From positions 67,456,001 through 67,520,000 of the forward strand of contig NC_092356.1 in NCBI RefSeq assembly GCF_963676685.1: DNA of 64,000 nt. The letters are read 5' to 3'. Below the pieces are notes generated by a model. That model was not told the origin of the DNA. It saw only the letters and a program-made list of their open reading frames with translations, and ran no database searches. Source of the stretch: Mytilus edulis (lineage: Eukaryota). Below, in pieces: positions 55,521 to 64,000 of the stretch; the first letter of the stretch is position 1, and each line of letters starts with the position of its first letter. The translations under genes were made by a program, and so were the position numbers.

Positions 55521-56447
55521 AATCTAATCCGTCAATAGGAATAAACATAGCAAAATTTAAGCTGCCCAAGTTGGTTTAATTTAAAATTTCTAGATAAGTA
55601 ACCTTTATAATTACAAGCATATTATTTGAGTTGATACTTGTTCTTGTTCGTATGATTCTATGAATGATTTTAGAACACATCATACACATGAAAAATAACC
55701 GCCTAGTTCCTGACTTGGTATAAAATGACATTAACGGTACAAAATTTTGTGCAACATATGCGCATTTCGACAATACGTATCTCATGTTCAATCATGCCAA
55801 AATATTTAAAAATCCAAAAATGTTAAGCCTAAAATAGTTATCAAAGGTACCAGGCTTATAGTGGTAACAATTTCATTAACGGTACCAAACTTTCATTACC
55901 AGATGCGTACGGCTACGACGAAGACCTTAGCTTCATAAAAGAGGGACGAAAGATACAAAAGAGACAGTCAAACTCATAAATCGAAAAAAAACTGTCAAAG
56001 CCATGGCCACAAATGAAAAAGACAAACAGAAAACAATAGCACACACAATATAGAAAACTAAAGAATAAGCAACCCGAATCCCATTAATAAAAATAGGGGT
56101 GATCTCATGTGCTCCGGAAGGATAAGCACATCCTGCTCCAAATGTAACATGTTTATGAGCCGATTGCCGTAAAATGTGAAGCAGTTAAATCTCAAAGGGA
56201 TCAGTTTGTTGTTTGGTGTTGCTGTTAATCCACTGTCATGTCACTTATAGGTTTAACCTCGCCGCATTCTTTGTATATCTGTGTAAATTTAAGCTACTAA
56301 TTTTCAGTGGTTGGTGTGAGTCACAAGTTTAGTGTGTTTAGCTTATGATCACTTATATCATCGACCCTGTGTCTGTAGTTGGCAATTTTATATTATAAAC
56401 ATTTATATCATATTTCATAATTTGTCAAATTGTTGATTTTTTTACAG

Positions 56448-56589
56448 AATTCCTATGAGTGTTTTTGTGGCGATTCTTTGGGCGGTTCAGATGTGTACCA
56501 AAAGACAAATGAAAGTGAATGTAATTACGCATGTCAAGGGGATTCGTCGCAAAAATGTGGTGGATTCTGGCGAAGTTCTGTTTATGAAT
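56448..56589 (+). CDS. Gene 3 exon 3: WSC domain C-terminal half
   Basis: ttttttacag|NSYECFCGDSLGGSDVYQKTNESECNYACQGDSSQKCGGFWRSSVYE|gtaact, 142 nt. Confidence 0.93.
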
Positions 56590-57787
56590 GTAACTTTTTT
56601 TAATGTGTTTCTGGTACTTATCCTTTCTCTAATTATAACCCAAAATATATGAAGAGAATTAAAATTCAAATGTAGTTTGCAACATGTTTTTTTTTGGGGG
56701 GAGGGGGGTTTCAACAACACAATTATAATCAAGATTTATATGTTTTCAACTTAACTGTCGCACACTATGTTATCGAACAGACATTTTCTTAATTTTCATT
56801 CAGACGAAAGCCCATCTGTGCTACATTATTTTGATCCTGGTATCTATAATGGGTGTTTTATCACATACGTTGGATGTGATATCATTCATTTAAACCAATT
56901 GTCAGCAATAATCAATGAAATGTTGATGCGTAATGATACATAATGTCAATATAGATTTCGGATTCAACTATAATAAATATCAGTAAGCAATATATGGTTG
57001 GATAAGGGAATTTCCTATTCAGAATTATTTCTCTTCGTTTATCCAAACTATGCATTTACTTTCATACATTGCAATTACCGGTGGGCAGTATGAAAGAGGG
57101 ACGAAAGATACCAGAGTGACATTCAAACTCAGGAATCGAAAATAAACTAACAACGCCATCGCGAAAAATGAAAAAAAGACAAACAAACAAACAATAGTAC
57201 ACATGGCACAACATAGAGCACTAAAGAATGAGCAGCACGAACCCCACCAAAAACTAGGGGTTATATGAGGTGCTCCGGAAAGGTAAGCTGATGCTGCTCC
57301 ACCTGTGGCACCCGTCCTGTTGAAAATGTTATAACAAATCCGGTAAATAGTCTAATTCGGTAGGTCACATTCATGAAAGGAAAGGGTATTGTAGTTACGA
57401 CGTAAGGAACATATCCAATATTATTTGTGAAACGGTTATTCCATAACGATCAACCAACTCGTGATGGAGTCCGTAAAATTTACGAAGGGATGATTTTAAT
57501 ATTTGGAACTCTTGTTTAAGTACTTATACCTCCTAAGGGTATAAAATATTTGCAAAAGAAAAAGTACCTCGGACGTTTATTATTCATTCTTTGTAAAAGT
57601 GTTGTGTTCCTTATATATTTTTTTATTTTGTTGTACAGTGTCTCCAACTTTTTTTTATCATACATTGAGTGATAAATAGACATCAATCTAAGCCAGCAAC
57701 AGGAATTAAGCCAAAATAATTCATTTGAAAAATTTGTACAGATGTTCTTGGTTTATTTTGTAATTTGTTATATTTATATTTTCATAG

Positions 57788-59379
57788 TCATTTCAACAGT
57801 GCCCTCAACAACCAAAATGACAACACCCGAACAATCTACAGTAAAAATTACAGAGATGACAACACATGAACAATATACAGTGAAAATTACAGAGATGGCA
57901 ACACCTGAACAATCTACAGTGAAAATTACAGAGATGGCAACACCTGAACAATCTACAGTGAAAATTACAGAGATGGCAACACCTGAACAATCTACAGTGA
58001 AAATTACAGAGAAGGCAACACCTGAACAATCTGCAAAGAAAACTACAGAGATGGCAACACCTGAACAATCTACAGTGAAAATTACAGAGATGGCAACACC
58101 TGGTCAATCTACAGTGAACACTACAGAGACGACAACAACTGGACAATCTACAAAGAAAACTACAGAGATGACAACACCTGAACAATCTACAGTGCAAACT
58201 ACAGAGATGACAACACCTGAACAATCTACAGTGAAAATTACAGAGACGACAACACCTGAACAATCTACAGTAAAAAATACAGAGATGACAACACCTGAAC
58301 AATCTACAGTGAACACTACAGAGATGACAACACCTGAACAATTTACAGTGCAAACTACAGAGATGACAACACCTGGACAATCTACAGTGAAAATTACAGA
58401 GACGACAACACCTGAACAATCTACAGTAAAAAATACAGAGATGACAACACCTGAACAATCTACAGTGAACACTACAGAGATGACAACACCTGAACAATTT
58501 ACAGTGCAAACTACAGAGATGACAACACCTGGACAATCTACACTGAAAATTACAGAGATGACAACACCTGAACAATCTATAGTGAAAACTACAGAGATGA
58601 CAACACCTGAACAATCTACAGTGAAAACTACAGAGATGACAACACCGGAACAATCTACAAAGAAAACTACAGAGATGACAACACCTGAACAATCTACAGT
58701 GCAAACAACAGAGATGAAAACACCTGAACAATCTACAGTGAAAATTACAGAGATGACAACACCTGGACAATCTACAGTGAAAACTACAGAGATGACAACA
58801 CCTGAACAATCTACAGTGCAAACAACAGAGATGAAAACACCTGAACAATCTACAGTGAAAATTACAGAGATGACAACACCTGGACAATCTACAGTGAACA
58901 CTACAGAGATGACAACACCTGGACAATCTGCAAAGAAAACTACAGAGATGACAACACCTGAACAATCTACAGTGCAAACTACAGATATGAAAACACGGAA
59001 AGAATCTACATTGACAACAGCAAAACAAACAACCCATGCTCAATCACGGGTGACAACTACAAACATGATGATTGAATGCATATGTCCCTGTTCTAAGGTC
59101 GGGAAAGGCAAATGGAATTTCTTGCGAAGAATGAATCTCACTCTTGATCAATTAACAGAATTACTGGAACCAGAATTAGACTTAATGAAGAAAGAACTGA
59201 GTATAAACAAATACAATACATCGCAGATGTGTCGTTCCAAGACATCAGCTCCAGATGATCGTGTATCGGCTAAATTCATAGGATGTGTAGGAGTCGTCTT
59301 CATTTGTCTTGTTACAGCCCTGTTTGTATTCTTTGACAGTCACAGCTACATTGTCGTCAAATTTAATAGACGTTCTTGA
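57788..59379 (+). CDS. Gene 3 last exon: mucin-like 13-aa repeat stalk (about 31 units of 39 nt), CxCxC module, TM, short tail
   Basis: Acceptor attttcatag, phase 1, in frame with ORF 57742-59379. Confidence 0.92.
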
Positions 59380-59748
59380 TAACAATCTGAAAAACATGGT
59401 TCATGTTCGTTTTTTTTTATAACAGACTTATATATTTTATTTATATAATATTTTGAGTTGTGAAAAGTTTACAATGACATACCTTTTTGAACTTGTTTTG
59501 ATTTGAGCGTCACTGAAGAAATTTTGTATACAAAAACGCGCGTCTCACATAAATAAAAATTTGAATTCTGGAATCTTTAAAGAGTTTATAAACGTTTAAA
59601 TAAAACAGTTTTTCTTGATTTTATTGGGTCTGTTTTTTTTTAAATGTTTAGAAATTTACTTGTGACGTCACTTTTGTGCGTCGATCAAGTCGAGCGACAT
59701 ACGATGCATGGTTCTGTTATGCTGTGTTTATGTGAGGAATCCACTTTA

Positions 59749-60592
59749 TTTAGCTCATCTGACCCAAAGGCCCAAGTCAGCTTTCCTTATCACTTGGCGT
59801 CTGTCGTCCGTCGTCGGTAACTTTTACAAAAATCTTCTTCTCTGAAATACTGGGCCAAATTTAATTAAACTTGGCCACATTCATCATAGAGGAATATAGT
59901 TTACAAAATATGTCCGGAAACGCGGTCAACCATCTAAGATGGCCGCCACGGCTAAATAGGGAAAATAAGGGTTAAATGTAGATTTTGGCTTATATCTCTA
60001 AAACTAAAGCATTTAAAGGAAATCATACATAATAAAATCAAATCAGGACAAGATCTATCTGCTCTCAAATTGTCAGATGATTGGGACAATCCGTTGATGG
60101 GTTGCTGCCCCTGAATTGGTTATTTCAAGGAAATTTTGCCGTTTTTTGGTTATTATCGTGAATGTTATTATAGATAGAGATAAACTGTTAACAGCAATAA
60201 CGTTCAGCAAAGCCAGATCTACAGATAAGTCAACATGAAGGCCGTAAGGTGACCTATCGTTTTGAATGTCCCTGTCATTTTGGTCTTTTGTGGATAGTTG
60301 TCTCATTGGCAATCATACCACATCTTCTTTTTTATATGACCAAAATGGTGAGTTGACCTCTTATAGAGTTATTGGCCTTTATAGTGAATTTTTGTACAAT
60401 TTTTCATAAATTTTGATAATCTTTTGACAAAAATCTTCTCCTCTGAAACGACTTAGACAAATTTAACCAAACTTTTCCACAATCATCATTAGGGTATCTA
60501 GTTTAAAAGTGTGTACAATGAGCCAGCCCCGCCATGTTTATTATGCACATAGACATAAGGTGAGCGACACAGGCTCTTTAGCGCGTCAGGTT
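59749..60592 (+). mobile_element. Non-autonomous Helentron/HINE-like element with a nested SINE-like fragment
   Basis: 5' TTTAGCTCATCTG with a nearby inverted copy and a (CGTC) microsatellite, 3' AGGTGAGCG subterminal inverted repeat plus a degenerate hairpin. Confidence 0.55.
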
Positions 60593-62518
60593 TACTTAAA
60601 ATGTCCAGTATATACACATGTGGGTTAGAATATCAATATAAAGAGAGAATCTTTCAAACTTGGACATATTTTCAATGATTGTACACTTTTTATACAATGT
60701 TTTTTAATATCAGCACAAACTCAACTACAAAGCTATAAACATAAGATTTCAGTGAATATCAAACAGGACAATCTCAACTACAAAGCTATTGGCATAATAT
60801 TTCAGTGAATATCAAACCGACATATGGTGATCACAGCAAATGAAAAAAGAAACGGTTTTGATTTCAAACTCACCTTTCATCGTCTTTTGTAGACGACACG
60901 CGCGGCAAGATCCTCAATCCTCTTTCACTTTGTACTTGTTTAGCTTTAAAATGTACTGATGAGTCTTTTGTATGTACAAAATTTAGTCCTGGTATCTATG
61001 ATGAGTTTCATGAAACGTTGTTAATATCAATAACTCACGAATTGTTTATAGTCTATCAGATATATATCTGGTCTATAAATAAAGGCAACAGTAGTATGCC
61101 GCTGTTTGAAATTCATAAATCGATAGAGAAAAAACCCAAATCCGAGTCACACACTAAAACTGAGGGACACACATCAAATATAAGAGAATTACGACAAAAC
61201 AGAAAAACAACATTAAAACGAAACACACACAGAAACGAACTACAATATAACAATAGCCATTTCCCTGACTTGGTACAGGGCATTTAAAGATTCATAATCG
61301 ACATTTATGTTGTCGCCTAGACTGGTTTCCGGGTTCTAATCGACATTCATTCCTTAAGTCGACGTCCAAATCTAAGACCAATCATAAATCCCTCTAATAG
61401 ACGTCTCTTTTGTTGTTATACAATACATGTCTGAACAATATTGGCTTCTCTAATTGATGTCGCCCTTTTACAGAGTAGCCGCAATTAAAGCATGGCTCTA
61501 TGAAATAAAGGTTAAAACTACTACTAAAATAAATTGAACGATATAATATTTCACATTTACAAATATATGTTATTATTTCTTTCCATAACTGTCCGTTCTT
61601 TTTTATTTTTCTATTGATTGGTACTGTTTAACTGATCTCCACCTAAATATGTTTTGATTATTTTTGACGATGGAATGTTGTCGTATTGTTGTTTATATTC
61701 ACATGGTATTTATGTACACATGTATGCTTCCTGTTTGAATGGTTTTACACTTGTAATTTTGGGCCCCTTTTTACTTTTTGCTCGGTGTGAGCCAAGGCTC
61801 CGTATTAAAGGCCTTACATTGACCTATAATGGTTTACTTTTAACAATTGTTATTTGAATGGAGAGTTGTCTCATTGGCACTAACACCACATCTTCCTATA
61901 TCTATGAAGGAATATGAGAACGTAAATCGAGCGGGAAACTTCTTTCACCATATCATAAATATGCAAACATGTGTACGATGATGTATGCGGTTGTCTTATT
62001 CTCATTTTCGTTATGTTGGACCTAAGTCACCTTTTATTTTTTAGCTGTTTTCCACAAGTGTTCATAGATTCCAGGTTCCATGTGTTTAAATAAGCGAACT
62101 AAGGTAAAAAATGCATTGTCAAAAGACCATGACTAAGGTGTTAACCAACTAGTCCGGGGGTTTCTCGCTATATTGAAGACCCATTAGTGGACTTCGGCTG
62201 TTGTCTGTTCTATGTCGGGTTGTTGTCGCTTTGACACATTCCCAATTTCCATTCTCAATTTTTATGTTTTCGTCAATGAGATGTTATATTTCGTATCCAC
62301 TTACGAAACACCAAATATCATTTACTTAGCATAACTGTTTAACTCACACTGTACTTAAGCATATAAACTTAATAACCGTTATTTGATTGATTTTGTAAGG
62401 ATTTTCTTATCCCAGGCATAGATTACCTTAGCCGTATTTGGCACAACTTTTTGGAATTTTGGATCCTCAATGCTCTTCAACTTTTTACTTGTTTGGCGTA
62501 ATAAATATTTTGATATGA

Positions 62519-62562
62519 GCGTCACTGATGAGTCTTATGTAGACGAAACGCGCGTCTGGCGT
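62519..62562 (+). ncRNA. Minimal type I hammerhead ribozyme, copy 1
   Basis: GCGTCA-CTGATGA-GTCT tatgt AGAC-GAAAC GCGC GTC^TGGCGT. Predicted cleavage after 62556. Confidence 0.9.
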
Positions 62563-62872
62563 ACTAAATTATAATCCTGGTACCTTTGATAACTATTTAC
62601 ACCACTGGGTCGATGCCACTGCTGGTGGACGTTTCGTCTCCGAGGGTATCACCAGCCCAGTAGTCAACACTTCGGTGTTGACATGAATATCAATAATGTG
62701 GTCATTTTTACAAATTTCCTGTTTACAAAACTTTGAATTTTTCGAAAACTAAGGCTTTTCTTATCCCAGGCATAGATTACCTTAGCCGTATTTGGCACAA
62801 CTTTTTGGAATTTTGGATCCTCAATGCTCTTCAACTTTTTATTTGTTTGGCGTAATAAATATTTTGATATGA

Positions 62873-62916
62873 GCGTCACTGATGAGTCTTATGTAGACGA
62901 AACGCGCGTCTGGCGT
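62873..62916 (+). ncRNA. Minimal type I hammerhead ribozyme, copy 2
   Basis: Identical to copy 1. Confidence 0.9.
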
Positions 62917-63226
62917 ACTAAATTATAATCCTGGTACCTTTGATAACTATTTACACCACTGGGTCGATGCCACTGCTGGTGGACGTTTCGTCCCCGAGGG
63001 TATCACCAGCCCAGTAGTCAACACTTCGGTGTTGACATGAATATCAATAATGAGGTCATTTTTACAAATTTCCTGTTAACAAAACTTTGAATTTTTCGAA
63101 AACTAAGGATTTTCTTATCCCAGGCATAGATTACCTTAGCCGTATTTGGCACAACTTTTTGGAATTTTGGATCCTCAATGCTCTTCAACTTTTTACTTGT
63201 TTGGCGTAATAAATATTTTGATATGA

Positions 63227-63270
63227 GCGTCACTGATGAGTCTTATGTAGACGAAACGCGCGTCTGGCGT
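63227..63270 (+). ncRNA. Minimal type I hammerhead ribozyme, copy 3
   Basis: Identical to copy 1. Confidence 0.9.
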
Positions 63271-64000
63271 ACTAAATTATAATCCTGGTACCTTTGATAA
63301 CTATTGTATTTACATTGTATCATAGATTCGTTCAGTGTATGTTCTCTTGTTTTGTTAATAAGTCTTTTGATTGAGATAAGTCAGTTTAATTGATATTTGA
63401 TAGTGTGTCATTATATACTGTGATGATACACGATTGTTTAAGGTAAGGGCGAAGGTTGGTACCTATTGTACATAAAACATTTAAACCCGCTGCATTTATT
63501 TGCACCTGTCCTTAACATTAAAAAAAGAAGATATGGTAGATTGCCAATGAGACAACTCTCCACAAGAAACACCATAACAGATATTAACAGTCATATGTCA
63601 CTGTATGGCCTTCAATAATAAGCCAAGCCCATACAGCTATTCCAATAAATCAAACGTGAAAATTAAAGACCACACTGAGGTACAAAAAAAAATAACGACA
63701 ACAAGTATGTAACCAATAACAACCATTGGATAACATGCTTCTGACTTCTGACAGGCACATATATACAGAATGTAACGGGGTTATTAGCCGGATCCCAACC
63801 CTACTCTAACATAGGACAGTAGTGTAAACTCATCATATGACCACAAAGAGAAATACATATATCAAAAACCTAGAATGAACGTGACCAGGTATTTGTTCTC
63901 ATGCAGAAACATGTTGTTCAGTGGTTGCTGTTTTTTGATGTGGTTCATAAGTGTTGATCATTTTTCGGTTTTATATAGATTAGACCGTTGGTACTCCGGT

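Larger units (their letters stand above)
62396..63305 (+). mobile_element. Non-LTR retrozyme tandem array, 354-bp unit, about 2.6 copies
   Basis: Near-identical units, each with a hammerhead, at 62519, 62873 and 63227 (exact 354-bp period). Confidence 0.9.

Noticed and set aside
57805-59043. Long Cys-rich and Val-rich antisense ORFs (also 31587-32154)
   Set aside because: Shadow frames of the stop-free 39-bp coding repeat. The sense frame has splice sites and domain context.
62664-63233. Duplicated 71-aa ORFs MTLISKY...
   Set aside because: Antisense by-products of the non-coding retrozyme unit with no domain features.

Overview
AT-rich animal genomic DNA with spliceosomal introns. The repeat families and the hammerhead tandem repeat resemble a bivalve such as Mytilus; that is my inference, not something checked. 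The window holds three spliced genes for predicted type I membrane glycan-binding proteins that the ORF track shows only in fragments. Gene 1 (+, 8119-13078) has an F-type lectin head. Genes 2 (-, 39555-31254) and 3 (+, 41835-59379) are a head-to-head pair with signal peptide, WSC domain and a 13-aa Thr-rich repeat stalk (about 13 vs about 31 units). All three end in the same module, which I cannot assign to a named domain: CxCxC, a helix, LxIxKxNT-x4-RSKTS-xx-DxRxS-xxx-IGxxG, 14 hydrophobic residues, D, then a very short tail. The lectin heads join it through phase-1 introns. This swappable-head, constant-anchor receptor family is the main candidate for an undescribed system. Genes 2 and 3 are the core of an old inverted duplication centred near 40.3 kb that appears to reach about 13.5 kb and 62.3 kb. 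Mobile DNA includes nested LINE fragments, an intact intron-containing pogo-like DD35D transposon with a PHD-type finger, a very young BEL/Pao LTR element inside a Penelope-like element, other Penelope-like fragments, MITEs, minisatellites, and a 354-bp tandem retrozyme array with three intact minimal hammerhead ribozymes.
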